NCBI GenBank assembly: GCA_964430265.1
Contig: CAYSEI010000001.1
Coordinates: 254,987 to 318,986 of the forward strand
Reading direction: 5' to 3'
DNA: 64,000 nt
Origin: an uncultured Pseudomonadales bacterium
GTDB taxonomy: Bacteria > Patescibacteriota > Microgenomatia > UBA1400 > CAYXSR01
Part shown: piece by piece, positions 1 through 9,300 of the stretch
Layout of the letters: each line of letters starts with the position of its first letter
Numbering within the stretch: position 1 is the first letter of the stretch
Made by a program: the position numbers and the translations under genes
The notes under the pieces: model-generated
Databases searched by the model: none
The model's input: the letters and a program-made list of their open reading frames with translations, nothing else
Told to the model about the DNA's origin: nothing

Positions 1-41
1 GCTTGTGGTTTGGCATATTTTAATACAAACTATAATTTAAA

Positions 42-614
42 ATGATTGGAAAACTCAAAGGAACGATTCAGGAAAAATTAAACGGCTCCTATTTAATAGA
101 AATGGATAATGGCGTATATTACCGAGTACATCCGGCTTCCTCATCCTTAAATGATGAAATGATAGGGAAAGAAGTTGAGGTGTATATCTATACCTATGTT
201 AGGGAGGATACTTTAAAACTTTTTGGGTTTACAAAAAAGCGAGATCTGCAGTTTTTTGAGATTCTAATAAGTATCAGTGGGATAGGAACAAGTACTGCAC
301 AAACAATGCTTTCTTTTTACATTCCTGACGAAATTGAAAGAGGCGTAGCTGAACAGGATATCCCGTTTTTCACAGAAATCCCGGGAATCGGTAAAAAAAG
401 TGCCCAAAAAATTATTTTTGAACTTTCATCCAAGCTTGAAAAAGAATATGATCTGAGTAAACAAGAACTCAGTAAAGAAGACAATCTGGTAGTTGAAGCT
501 TTGCAAAATCTCGGATTTGACAGAAAAGACATTTACAAAAACCTAAAAAAGATTGATAAAGATCAACCTTTGGAGGAAAAGATCCGCAAGGCCATAAAGA
601 TTTTGTCAGAATAA
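42..614 (+). CDS. ruvA: Holliday junction branch migration protein RuvA
   Basis: MIGKLKG start, YVRED..LFGF, ISGIG and IPGIGKKSAQKI HhH motifs; adjacent to ruvB. Confidence 0.96.
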   Translation: MIGKLKGTIQEKLNGSYLIEMDNGVYYRVHPASSSLNDEMIGKEVEVYIYTYVREDTLKLFGFTKKRDLQFFEILISISGIGTSTAQTMLSFYIPDEIERGVAEQDIPFFTEIPGIGKKSAQKIIFELSSKLEKEYDLSKQELSKEDNLVVEALQNLGFDRKDIYKNLKKIDKDQPLEEKIRKAIKILSE

Positions 615-641
615 ATATTTTGTTACAATACATTTGTTCCA

Positions 642-1604
642 ATGAAAACAATCGACCAAAAATTAAGACCAAAAAAGCTTTCCGAATACCTAGGTCAGGA
701 TAAAATAAAAAAGGCCTTAAATCTTTTTATTGAAGCCGCCAAAACAAGGAAAGGACCAACTGATCACCTTCTTTTTTACGGGCCTCCCGGTATTGGTAAA
801 ACAACCTTAGCCCATATTTTGGCAAACGAACTTGACGGAGAGTTAAAAGTTACTTCTGGACCTGCAATTGAAAGAGCTGGTGATTTGGCTGCAATTTTAA
901 CCAACCTAAAAAACAATGATATCCTTTTTATAGATGAGATCCATCGTCTGCCAAAACCTGTTGAGGAAGCCCTTTATCCTGTTTTGGAAGAATTTCATTT
1001 AGATATTGTTTTGGGAAAAGGTCCTTCGGCAAGGACAGTTCATTTATCAGTTCCTAATATTACAATAGTTGGAGCCACAACTAAAGTTGCCCTCCTCTCT
1101 CCTCCATTAAGGGACAGATTTGGTTTGATCTCCCGTTTGAAACCTTATAATACAGAAGAAATAAAAGAGATTGTTATACGTGCGGCAAAAATTATAGAAT
1201 TGCCTCTTACTGAAGATGCGGCAATTGAAATTGCCAAACGCTCCCGCAGAATCCCAAGAATTGCAATCCGAATCCTTAAAAGGGTTAGAGATCTTTGTAC
1301 AGTTGAAAAACATGAAGAAATAAACTGTGAAAATATTAAAGAGCTCTTTTCTATTTTAGAAATGGACGAAGTGGGATTGCTACCACAGGACAGAAGCTAT
1401 TTAAGGACAATGATTAATAAGTTTGATGGTGGTCCGGTAGGACTAAACACCATTGCATCTGCTTTATCTGAGGATAACCAGACCGTAGAGGAGTTTTTGG
1501 AACCCTATCTTCTTAGGCTAGGATTTATTAAAAAAACCTCAAGGGGAAGAGTTGTAACAGGTGCAGTTTACAAACATTTTGATATAAAAGCTCCTAAAAC
1601 TTAA
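642..1604 (+). CDS. ruvB: Holliday junction helicase RuvB
   Basis: LRP..L.EY.GQ, GPPGIGKTT, FIDEIHRL, PLRDRFG, EPYL, RGR. Confidence 0.98.
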   Translation: MKTIDQKLRPKKLSEYLGQDKIKKALNLFIEAAKTRKGPTDHLLFYGPPGIGKTTLAHILANELDGELKVTSGPAIERAGDLAAILTNLKNNDILFIDEIHRLPKPVEEALYPVLEEFHLDIVLGKGPSARTVHLSVPNITIVGATTKVALLSPPLRDRFGLISRLKPYNTEEIKEIVIRAAKIIELPLTEDAAIEIAKRSRRIPRIAIRILKRVRDLCTVEKHEEINCENIKELFSILEMDEVGLLPQDRSYLRTMINKFDGGPVGLNTIASALSEDNQTVEEFLEPYLLRLGFIKKTSRGRVVTGAVYKHFDIKAPKT

Positions 1605-1631
1605 TAGTTTTTGATATAATATTTGATATCT

Positions 1632-1719
1632 GCCGCGGTGCTGGAACTGGCAGACAGGCGAGACTTAAAATCTTGTGTCCTTTATGGACGTGTGGGTTCA
1701 ACTCCCTCCCGCGGCACCA
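1632..1719 (+). tRNA. tRNA-Leu(TAA), CCA encoded
   Basis: GCCGCGG/CCGCGGC acceptor, CGAGA-ctTAAaa-TCTTG anticodon arm, long variable arm, GGTTCAACTCC. Confidence 0.95.
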
Positions 1720-1742
1720 AGTTCAACTTGGTTTTTTAATAT

Positions 1743-1817
1743 CGGAGAGTGGCGCAGATGGATTAGCGCGCTGCGTTTGGGACGCAGAGGTCCCGGGTTC
1801 AAGTCCCGGCTCTCCGA
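1743..1817 (+). tRNA. tRNA-Pro(TGG)
   Basis: CGGAGAG/CTCTCCG acceptor, CTGCG-ttTGGga-CGCAG, GGTTCAAGTCC. Confidence 0.95.
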
Positions 1818-1846
1818 CACCTTTTTAATAAATTCAAAGGAAGAAA

Positions 1847-2290
1847 ATGCTTAGAGATAAAATACAAAAACAGGCAACAGAATTAATAAAAAAAGGCGAC
1901 AAAAAAAAAGCACAAGTACTGCGCTATCTTTATTCACAAATAAAAGATAAAGAAATAGATCAGGGAAGAAAAGAATTAACTGACAAAGAAGTTCTAAAAC
2001 TTATTCAGAAACAGATAAAAAGCCTAAAAGAAGAAATTAAAATCTTTGAAAAAGAAGACAGACAAAAATTACTTGATAAAGCAAAGTATGAAATAGAAGT
2101 TTTGGCAGAATATTTACCTGAACAGCTTTCTGCTGATGAAATTGGCAAAAAAATTGAAGATATCATAGAAAACAACCCTAATATTGATAAACCCGGTCCA
2201 ATGATTGGTAAAGTGATCCAAGAACTAGGCGGAGAAGCAGACAATTCACAAATTGCCAGAATTGTACAGGAAAAATTCAGACAAGACTAA
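1847..2290 (+). CDS. GatB/YqeY domain protein
   Basis: Size and YqeY pattern (LR.L.S.IK..EID, YLPEQLS..EI, G.MIG.V). Confidence 0.88.
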   Translation: MLRDKIQKQATELIKKGDKKKAQVLRYLYSQIKDKEIDQGRKELTDKEVLKLIQKQIKSLKEEIKIFEKEDRQKLLDKAKYEIEVLAEYLPEQLSADEIGKKIEDIIENNPNIDKPGPMIGKVIQELGGEADNSQIARIVQEKFRQD

Positions 2291-3339
2291 AAAGAAATTT
2301 TGCCACCACCCAGACAAATATTATTTTGATAAAAAACAGCCCATTGTCCGGGAGTAACTGCCCTTTGGGGCCTGTCAAAAATTATTTTTAATTGATTATC
2401 CCCTATTTTATTTAGAACTGCTTTTTTTTCCGGCTGCTGATAACGCACTTTGGCTTTCACCGGTAAAGAATTTTTAAGATCCTTAAATAAGTTGAAATCT
2501 TTTAAAACAATTTCTTTTTTATAATATTTTTTTTCATTTTCTTTATTAGCCACAACCAATAAATTATTCTCAAAATCTTTTTTAACAACATACCAGGGTC
2601 CTCCGCTTAAGCCGATGCCTTTTCTTTGGCCAATGGTATAAAAATGCAATCCTGGATGTTCTCCAATTTTATTGCCTTCAGAATCAATAATTTTTCCGTG
2701 GTTTTCTCCAAGTTTTGATCTTAAAAAATGATTAACATTTTTATCTGATATAAAACAGAGATCTTGGCTTTGTTCTTTTTTAGTTAAGAAGTCCAAATTC
2801 TCTTCTTTAGCAATTTCAAAGACCTTGTCTTTTTTGTATCCCCCTAAAGGAAACTTGATCCTTTTTACCCACTCTTTTTTAAGCAAACATAAGTAGTATG
2901 TTTGATCCTTGCTCTTATCTACTGCTTTTTGTAAATAATACTCTCCCCTAGTCTTTTTTATCTTTGCATAATGACCAGTTGCAACATATTCAATATTGTT
3001 ATTATCAGCAAATTCAAAAAGGGTTTTAAATTTTAAAAACCTATTGCAAACTATACAGGGGTTTGGGGTTAATCCTTTTTTAAAATCATTAATAAATTTA
3101 TCGACAACAATTTTTTGGAATTTATCAGAAACTTCTAAATAATGATGTTCTACTCCATATTTTTTACAAACCTTTTCTGCTGTCTTAATATTTTGTTTGT
3201 TACACTTAGTATTTTTGCTAAAAACACAATACTGCAGAGAAACTCCCACAGGATCAAATCCCTGTTTTTTTAAAAGTGTTAAAGAAATTGAAGAATCAAT
3301 TCCACCTGACATTCCCAGTACAATTTTATTATTATTCAT
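2287..3339 (-). CDS. mnmA: tRNA 2-thiouridine(34) synthase MnmA
   Basis: MSGGIDSS, TPNPCIVCN, ATGHYA, KDQTY, SQDLCF, YTIGQRKG, AVTPGQ. Confidence 0.97.
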   Translation of the reverse strand: MNNNKIVLGMSGGIDSSISLTLLKKQGFDPVGVSLQYCVFSKNTKCNKQNIKTAEKVCKKYGVEHHYLEVSDKFQKIVVDKFINDFKKGLTPNPCIVCNRFLKFKTLFEFADNNNIEYVATGHYAKIKKTRGEYYLQKAVDKSKDQTYYLCLLKKEWVKRIKFPLGGYKKDKVFEIAKEENLDFLTKKEQSQDLCFISDKNVNHFLRSKLGENHGKIIDSEGNKIGEHPGLHFYTIGQRKGIGLSGGPWYVVKKDFENNLLVVANKENEKKYYKKEIVLKDFNLFKDLKNSLPVKAKVRYQQPEKKAVLNKIGDNQLKIIFDRPQRAVTPGQWAVFYQNNICLGGGKISF

Positions 3340-3411
3340 ACTTGTATTATATGATAAATCTTTTTTCTTCGCATTGAAGTGAAAGTAAATTATGGTAAAA
3401 TATTAATGTTT

Positions 3412-3485
3412 GCGGGCGTAGCTCAGCTGGCTAGAGTGTCTCCCTTCCAAGGAGAAGGTCGTGGGTTCGAATCCCATCGCCCGCT
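3412..3485 (+). tRNA. tRNA-Gly(TCC)
   Basis: GCGGGCG/CGCCCGC acceptor, TCTCC-ctTCCaa-GGAGA, GGTTCGAATCC. Confidence 0.95.
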
Positions 3486-3513
3486 CAAAAATTATAGGTT
3501 TAAATATTTGAAA

Positions 3514-3690
3514 ATGTCTGAATCTCAACCAAATTGGGAAAAGCAATTAGAACAAGCTAATGCAGAGCCTTTAAATACTCAACAAAGGATTCAAGCTTAT
3601 TTAAAAGAAAGAGCAAGTTCTGAAAAACCAAAAGATCCTAAGAAAGAAAATAGATCATTTGATGACTGGTATACAAGTGGAACTGTATAA
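3514..3690 (+). CDS. Small hypothetical protein (58 aa, MSESQPNWEK...)
   Basis: ATG at 3514 after tRNA-Gly; the longer track ORF runs through the tRNA and is not credible upstream of 3514. Confidence 0.5.
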   Translation: MSESQPNWEKQLEQANAEPLNTQQRIQAYLKERASSEKPKDPKKENRSFDDWYTSGTV

Positions 3691-3744
3691 AGCAGATTAT
3701 AATTGCTTTTAGCTAAAAATCTCATATTTTTGTTGGAGTATAGG

Positions 3745-4374
3745 TTATGGCTGATTTATCTCAATTACCTGATTTTTCACTTTAACAATTCCTTTAGGAA
3801 CATTTGCTTCAAACAAAAGTTTATTGTTTTCTAATTCCATGTTTTTAACATGTACGTTGTTTTTTTCAAATTGTCTGTCTAACATGGTATTGCCGTTTGC
3901 TTCAACAAATGATGCAATCTTTTTTGGAGCTTTGATTGCGCCGATATAAACGTCTTCCACATAAAAATGATTAAATTTTAGTCTGGATTTAATTGTAATA
4001 TTGCCAGGAAGTAGCGGATAGTAACTTTTTCCTGAAGCAATAATATTTTGTTTGTCAAATTTTAACTTAAGATCGGAAATTAACTTGTTGCTGTTAAGCT
4101 CATTTAGCAATGCAGTCAATTGCTCTGCGCTAAGTTCTAAAGTAATTTCTTCTGTATCTTCAGTATTTAAACCTCCGCATCCTGGAGGCGCACAAATACC
4201 ATCTTCATTTTCCGTAATTTTTTCTTTTAAAAAATTATTTTCTACATTAACCAGGTTCTTTTTTAAAGGTGTATTAATATTTAGGTTCTTGGGAGATGAA
4301 GCAAACAAATAAGTTATTAATACTAAAAATAGAAAAACAATAAAACTAAATACTATCAGAAACTTTTTATTCAT
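3745..4374 (-). CDS. Hypothetical membrane-anchored protein
   Basis: N-terminal TM helix, CAPPGC motif, beta-rich body; overlaps mscS stop by 8 nt. Confidence 0.75.
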   Translation of the reverse strand: MNKKFLIVFSFIVFLFLVLITYLFASSPKNLNINTPLKKNLVNVENNFLKEKITENEDGICAPPGCGGLNTEDTEEITLELSAEQLTALLNELNSNKLISDLKLKFDKQNIIASGKSYYPLLPGNITIKSRLKFNHFYVEDVYIGAIKAPKKIASFVEANGNTMLDRQFEKNNVHVKNMELENNKLLFEANVPKGIVKVKNQVIEINQP

Positions 4375-5401
4375 TTTCCTTATAAATATGTATATCCCTT
4401 TGTGGGTTGGGGATGTTGATGTTGTGCTTTTTTAATTTTTTGTGCATTTCTTTGATCAATTTATGGGTGACAATTCCCTTTCTTGCAGGGTTATTCATTG
4501 TTCCTAAAACTTCCACCTGAATTGCTGAAGGACCAAATTTTCTAAAAAATACTCGCGGTACAGGTTCCTTAACGATTTCCTCTTCATCTTCAAGGATTTT
4601 TAATAAAACTTTTTCAACTTTTTCCAAATCGCTATTATAAGAAACACCAACTGGTACATGAATTCTTAGTTTGGAATCAAGCCCAGTTTCATTAATCACA
4701 AAATCGGTAACCATTACTGAGTTGGGGACGGAGACCAAAATATTATCCCTGGTCTTAATTCGTGTACTGCGCATACCAATATCAATAATTTCGCCTCGGT
4801 AATCATTTTTAACAATTACATAGTCGCCAATTTTGTAGGGTTGGTCAAAAAATATAGAAATCCCGCCAAAAAAATTAGCAATAGTGTCTTTGGCTGCAAA
4901 ACCAATAACTATTCCCAAAATACCAGCTGAAGTAAGTAAAGGATTGGTGTTAATTTTCCAAATTGAAAGCAAAATAATAATGGTAATAATAATGATAAGA
5001 ATGTGGGTAATATTTTCTAAAAAGGTATATAAATTAATTTTGGAAGTTTCTTCAGCTGCTTTTTTTTCAATTGTTTGGTACAAGTAGGTAAAAATTTGGC
5101 CGATTCCCCAGGCCCAGATTAATGTGAAGGCAGTATAAAATAAATTAGTTAAGATATTTACGGTTTCAGGATTAGCAAAATAATGAGATAAACTTATCTT
5201 AAACCCGGTTAAAAAAACCGTCAAAAAAGTCGGTCTTTGAAGCTGTGAAATAAGATAGTCATCCAATTCAACCATAGTCTTCTTGGCAATTTTAATAAGT
5301 ATGTATTTAAATATTAGCTGGGTTAGGCTTGCAGTAAGAAGTGTAATACCCAAAATATAAATGCTGTCAAATAATTTTGGAGAATAGGCAGTTAAAAACA
5401 T
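4367..5401 (-). CDS. Small-conductance mechanosensitive channel (MscS family)
   Basis: SAGILGIVIGFAAKDTIANFFGG, PYKIGD, IGMRSTRI, VPNS, GVSYNSD. Confidence 0.95.
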   Translation of the reverse strand: MFLTAYSPKLFDSIYILGITLLTASLTQLIFKYILIKIAKKTMVELDDYLISQLQRPTFLTVFLTGFKISLSHYFANPETVNILTNLFYTAFTLIWAWGIGQIFTYLYQTIEKKAAEETSKINLYTFLENITHILIIIITIIILLSIWKINTNPLLTSAGILGIVIGFAAKDTIANFFGGISIFFDQPYKIGDYVIVKNDYRGEIIDIGMRSTRIKTRDNILVSVPNSVMVTDFVINETGLDSKLRIHVPVGVSYNSDLEKVEKVLLKILEDEEEIVKEPVPRVFFRKFGPSAIQVEVLGTMNNPARKGIVTHKLIKEMHKKLKKHNINIPNPQRDIHIYKENE

Positions 5402-5429
5402 TATAAGTTCATTTTAACAAATAGATAAG

Positions 5430-6602
5430 TTAGGCAACAATAACCAATTCTTTTTCCGCTCGGGTTACTGCGGTATACAGCCAACGGTGCCATTCCTCAT
5501 CCTCCATGTTTTTAAACCTTTGTTCAAACAACAATACCTTTGGAGCCTGGCTTCCCTGTGCTTTGTGTACAGTAATTGCATAGCCAAAATCAAACAAATC
5601 TCCCATTTCATCAAATGTTATTCCTTCAGCTTTACGCAAGGTTGTTTTAGAACCAAACTGTTCCTTTAAAACCCTTCCTTTATAGATGTTTCCGTCATCC
5701 ATTTTTGCTTCCATTTGGTACCAGAGCTCTTCGCCTTTTTCATTGGCAACAGGCTTAATAGACCTGACTTCACCCAGCATACCGTTAAAAACACCTTTAG
5801 AATAATTGTTTTTAAGACAAATTATGCGGTCAGTAATCTGTGGCTCTTCACTATAAAAATTGTTTAATTTCCTAATGTTTTTATTCAGCTCTACCCTAGC
5901 CCAGTTAAAACCGACTAATACAAGTAATTTTTTATTAAAATTTCGAAGCATTTCTTCTACATATTCCTGGGTTTCATAATTTGTTTTGTCAAGTTTTTTA
6001 ACGTCACCATAATCAGCAAAAGCAACGTCTTCACCATTTCTGACTTTTTCAGATAGTTGAATGATCTTATTACCTTTTGCCTGTCTGTGTATTTTTTCAA
6101 GTTTTAAATCAGGTTTTTCCATTAAATTAAAACTGCCTTCAATCGGTGGCAGCTGTCCATGATCGCCTACTGCTAAAATAGGTATTTTATAACTGCGTAA
6201 ATCTGCCCATATTTTTGCATCTACCATTGAAGCTTCGTCCAATATAATTAAATCCGCTTCTAAGTCTTTGCTTTTTTCCCAATATTTGATCCGGTTGTTT
6301 TTATCCTTTACCGGTTCATAAATCAAAGAGTGGATTGTTCCGGTAATATCCTGTTCATAAAGCGCAAAGTGTTTTTTTAAGGTTTCTTCCAGAACCCGAG
6401 TAGCTTTTCCCGTATACGAACAGAAGGCAACTTTTAATTCAGGAAATTTATTATCAAGCTCTTTGCGTAGAAAAGCAATCATAGTGGTTTTGCCTGTACC
6501 AGCATAACCACCGAAAGTAAGAAAAGGTTTGTTCTGTTTTATATACCAGCGCCAAACCTTACGCAAAACCTTTTTCTGGTGTTCAGTAACTTTTAGTTTC
6601 AC
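5430..6602 (-). CDS. SF1B DNA helicase, Dda/RecD2-like (no N-terminal RecD2 domains)
   Basis: GYAGTGKT, TIHSL, DEASM, GDHGQLPP, HRQA, YAITVHKAQGS, YTAVTRA. Confidence 0.92.
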   Translation of the reverse strand: MKLKVTEHQKKVLRKVWRWYIKQNKPFLTFGGYAGTGKTTMIAFLRKELDNKFPELKVAFCSYTGKATRVLEETLKKHFALYEQDITGTIHSLIYEPVKDKNNRIKYWEKSKDLEADLIILDEASMVDAKIWADLRSYKIPILAVGDHGQLPPIEGSFNLMEKPDLKLEKIHRQAKGNKIIQLSEKVRNGEDVAFADYGDVKKLDKTNYETQEYVEEMLRNFNKKLLVLVGFNWARVELNKNIRKLNNFYSEEPQITDRIICLKNNYSKGVFNGMLGEVRSIKPVANEKGEELWYQMEAKMDDGNIYKGRVLKEQFGSKTTLRKAEGITFDEMGDLFDFGYAITVHKAQGSQAPKVLLFEQRFKNMEDEEWHRWLYTAVTRAEKELVIVA

Positions 6603-6641
6603 AATTGAAATTATATCAAGTAAGTAAATAAAAGTAAGAAT

Positions 6642-6854
6642 TTAGAAAAGAGCCTTTCCATTATATTGTATCGGACATCTGTTTATTCTTTCCAATTCAT
6701 CTGGTGTTAAAAAAAACACAAACCAATCATTGAGATCAGACAAAGGTAATTGTGTGTCACAGTCACTAAACAAAGTAGATATTTTTTTTGGGATCTTACA
6801 TTTTTCTAATTTCGAGCAAGAATCACAACTATTTAACTTTTCTACTAATGACAT
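6642..6854 (-). CDS. Small Cys-rich hypothetical protein
   Basis: 70-aa ATG ORF filling the gap between co-oriented genes; CxxCx5C plus 2 Cys. Confidence 0.55.
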   Translation of the reverse strand: MSLVEKLNSCDSCSKLEKCKIPKKISTLFSDCDTQLPLSDLNDWFVFFLTPDELERINRCPIQYNGKALF

Positions 6855-6873
6855 TATCTAAAGATATAACTAT

Positions 6874-7131
6874 TCAAGCTTCTTTGAGTTCTTTTTTAGC
6901 TTTTTTCATTTTTTTAGTGATTTTATCTTTTTTCTCTTTCAGCTCTTCTACTTTTTCTTTTACTTCTTCAGCCTTTTTTTTGCCTTTTTCTAATGCTTTA
7001 TCTGCTTCTTTCTTAACTTTTTCACGGTTCTCTTTTTTTGAAAAAAATACAGCTGCAGCTCCTGCTAATGCACCCATAATCGCAGCTCCTAATTTTCCGC
7101 CTGATTTTTTCTTTTTGGTTTCGGATTTCAT
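6874..7131 (-). CDS. YtxH-like general stress protein
   Basis: GAAIMGALAGAAAVFFS..ENREK then K/E amphipathic repeats; AGGAG SD. Confidence 0.8.
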   Translation of the reverse strand: MKSETKKKKSGGKLGAAIMGALAGAAAVFFSKKENREKVKKEADKALEKGKKKAEEVKEKVEELKEKKDKITKKMKKAKKELKEA

Positions 7132-7175
7132 TTTTTAACTCCTAAAATAAACTTGATATTAATTCATTTTAGCAT

Positions 7176-7463
7176 TTATTCTGTTTCTTGAACAGACCTC
7201 TGCAGATTATCCATTGCCTGCATCATATTTTTCTTCAATTGCTCGGTTGCTTCTTCTCCTTTATCTTTTACTTTACTAAGCACTCCCTTGGTTTTTTCCA
7301 TAGCATTTTCCATTTTCTCAAGTTGTTGATTATACTCTAACTTACTATCTGCAGCTACTTCCTTTGCTTTACCCTTAAATTTGTCAATTTCAGCTTGATA
7401 TTGTTCAAGCTTAGCCTCTATTTTTTGTTGGTATGCGCGAGTGTCATCTGTTAAATTGTTCAT
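7176..7463 (-). CDS. Coiled-coil stress protein (Sll1863-like)
   Basis: AYQQKIEAKLEQYQAEIDKFK.KA....AD.KLEY pattern. Confidence 0.7.
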   Translation of the reverse strand: MNNLTDDTRAYQQKIEAKLEQYQAEIDKFKGKAKEVAADSKLEYNQQLEKMENAMEKTKGVLSKVKDKGEEATEQLKKNMMQAMDNLQRSVQETE

Positions 7464-7531
7464 TTTAACCTTTTTAACTTTTTAACTATTTTAATTATAG
7501 AAACAAAAATTATAGTTTCAATGAATAGAAG

Positions 7532-7551
7532 GTAAAAATTATGTAAGAAAC
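7532..7551 (-). promoter_or_regulatory. Direct-repeat operator candidate (GTTTCTTACATAATTTTTAC)
   Basis: 18/20 identical to 10048-10067; upstream of a TTGAAA-16-TATAAT promoter (7521-7494). Confidence 0.65.
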
Positions 7552-7553
7552 AA

Positions 7554-7585
7554 AAACACCCCGTTAAAAAATTTCCGGGGTGTTT
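7554..7585 (-). terminator. Intrinsic terminator after hsp20
   Basis: 10-bp inverted repeat AAACACCCCG/CGGGGTGTTT running into a T tract on the minus strand. Confidence 0.7.
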
Positions 7586-7601
7586 AATTAAAGTCAAAAC
7601 C

Positions 7602-8018
7602 TTATTTTGCTTTAACTTTAATTCTTTTTGGCTTGGCAGCTTCTTGTCTTGGAAGGGTTATTTTTACTACTCCGTTTTCAACTTCAGCTTCAATATCTTC
7701 CGGTTTAACCGGTGATGGAACGGAAGTTGTGTAATAGTATTTGGCTGCCCTTGCCTTTTTATAGATTGTTTTTTTCTCTTCTTTTTCTTCCTCAGTCTCT
7801 TCGTGTTCTGCTTTTATTGTCAATGTTCCACCTTCATAAGAGATATCTACGTCTTTGGCAGGGACTCCTGCAACATTAGCTTCCACTACCACGCTTTCTT
7901 CAGTCTCATACATACTTAATCCTTGTGTTTTTTGTGGCCAGCCACCTTCTTCTGTTAAGGAAGAGAAAAAATCTTCCGGAACAATGTCAAAAGGGTCTCT
8001 CCATCTAACTATTGCCAT
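7602..8018 (-). CDS. Hsp20/alpha-crystallin small heat-shock protein
   Basis: MAIVRWRDPF, ANVAGV...DVDI, AEVENGVVKITLP, PKRIKV; AGGAGGTG SD supports the start at 8018. Confidence 0.95.
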   Translation of the reverse strand: MAIVRWRDPFDIVPEDFFSSLTEEGGWPQKTQGLSMYETEESVVVEANVAGVPAKDVDISYEGGTLTIKAEHEETEEEKEEKKTIYKKARAAKYYYTTSVPSPVKPEDIEAEVENGVVKITLPRQEAAKPKRIKVKAK

Positions 8019-8099
8019 TTTTCTCACCTCCTTTTTAAAATATTTAATTTTAAATATTTTTTAACAATTATATTTTTACAAATCAAGTATTAAAAATTA

Positions 8100-8128
8100 T
8101 TAAATATAAAGTAAGAGTTTGGTTAAAA
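8100..8128 (-). promoter_or_regulatory. Triple 11-bp-period repeat upstream of hsp20
   Basis: TTTTAAC-N4-CTCTTAC-N4-TATTTAA; same offset to TATAAT (8072-8067) as at the 9220 site. Confidence 0.5.
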
Positions 8129-8182
8129 AAGTTTTCTACGTTATCTTCAGGATGTATGTATATTAAATCTTAAAAAAAGCTA

Positions 8183-8851
8183 TCATTTGCCTTCAAACAC
8201 AATTTCTTGCATATCTGCACCCAGTTCTTTAAGTGCAGTTTTTATAGACTTGACAAAAGGAGGTGGTCCGCAAACATAAAAGTTTTGCGAAAAATCATTA
8301 ATATGCTTGCTTAAAAATTTTTTGTCAATTCTTCCATGCAAATATGGTTTTTTTTCTTGTCTTGTTAAAGTTAGTAAAAGGTTATCTCCCAGCATTTGTT
8401 TAAATTCCTTTTCCAAAATAATGTCTTTTTTGGTTTTATTGGAAAATATAAGCTTATTTCCCTCCAGCTTATTCCTCTTTCTCAGGTTTCTGAATATTGC
8501 AATAAAGGGAGTGACTCCTGCTCCTCCGGCAAGATAAACACCTTTGCCTTGAAATGTAATAGTACCCCAGGGATTTTCAATCAAAAGATCCTCACCGGGT
8601 TTTAGTTGATGTAATTTTTCGGTTACTCCGTTGTGCTCGGGATATCCCTTGATTGTAAACTGCAAAACAAGATCATTATTTAAGGAAGTAAAAGTGAAAG
8701 GTCTTTTTTTGTTTCTCCAATCATCAAGATCAATTGAAATTTCAGTAGCTTGTCCAGGACTAAATTCAAAACCATTTGGTTTTTCAACTACAAAGTTTTT
8801 TACATCATGGGTTACAAATTCAGTAAAAAGGATTTTTGTTTTATAACTCAT
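8183..8851 (-). CDS. FAD-binding ferredoxin/flavodoxin-NADP reductase family oxidoreductase
   Basis: F.PGQ, RPFTFTS, GVT, AGGAGVTPF, YVCGPP.F, VFE. Confidence 0.92.
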   Translation of the reverse strand: MSYKTKILFTEFVTHDVKNFVVEKPNGFEFSPGQATEISIDLDDWRNKKRPFTFTSLNNDLVLQFTIKGYPEHNGVTEKLHQLKPGEDLLIENPWGTITFQGKGVYLAGGAGVTPFIAIFRNLRKRNKLEGNKLIFSNKTKKDIILEKEFKQMLGDNLLLTLTRQEKKPYLHGRIDKKFLSKHINDFSQNFYVCGPPPFVKSIKTALKELGADMQEIVFEGK

Positions 8852-9135
8852 TTTACTGCAGGGCCTAAATTAATGTCTTCTTCATCTCTGCGTGATTCTT
8901 CAGCTTTTTCTAGTTCTTCGGCAACATTCAGTTCATCTGGATTTTCTCCTGGTTCATTTTCTGTATACAAACCGACTTTTTCTGCAGTGTCAGAAACATT
9001 ATCGTCGGTGGAAGGATTTGGTATATGGCCGCTTATTGATTGGGCTCCTTCAACTTCTGGTGGTTCTTGCTCTTTTTTTTCCTCCAAATCTGGTAGGATC
9101 TCTTCTCCCGGTTGTAAGTCATTGTTATTATTCAT
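8848..9135 (-). CDS. Small acidic protein (possibly DUF6335-like)
   Basis: Very acidic; GAQSISGHIPNP.TDD.V...AEKVGL motif; AAGGAG SD; overlaps the next gene by 4 nt. Confidence 0.7.
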   Translation of the reverse strand: MNNNNDLQPGEEILPDLEEKKEQEPPEVEGAQSISGHIPNPSTDDNVSDTAEKVGLYTENEPGENPDELNVAEELEKAEESRRDEEDINLGPAVK

Positions 9136-9219
9136 AATAATTACTCCTTTTTAATTCAATTTTATTTATATGTTTTTATTATTCTAATTATAAATGTATT
9201 TTATACAGTTTGAAAATAG

Positions 9220-9248
9220 TTAAGAATAAAGTAAGAAATTTGTAAAGT
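9220..9248 (-). promoter_or_regulatory. Triple 11-bp-period repeat upstream of the acidic protein/FNR operon
   Basis: ACTTTAC-N4-TTCTTAC-N4-TTCTTAA; TATAAT at 9192-9187. Confidence 0.6.
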
Positions 9249-9300
9249 AAAAAAATAAAAATTGTAGTTAATTAATAAAATGAAAATATTTATTGTAAAG

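Noticed and set aside
1716-1737. Hairpin ACCAAGT-tca-ACTTGGT plus T run overlapping the tRNA-Leu CCA
   Set aside because: Weak AT-rich terminator or processing-like hairpin; nothing further supports significance.
3379-3513. 5' part of track ORF 3379..3690 (likewise 21390..21425 before secG)
   Set aside because: It runs through a tRNA gene; the plausible starts are 3514 and 21426.
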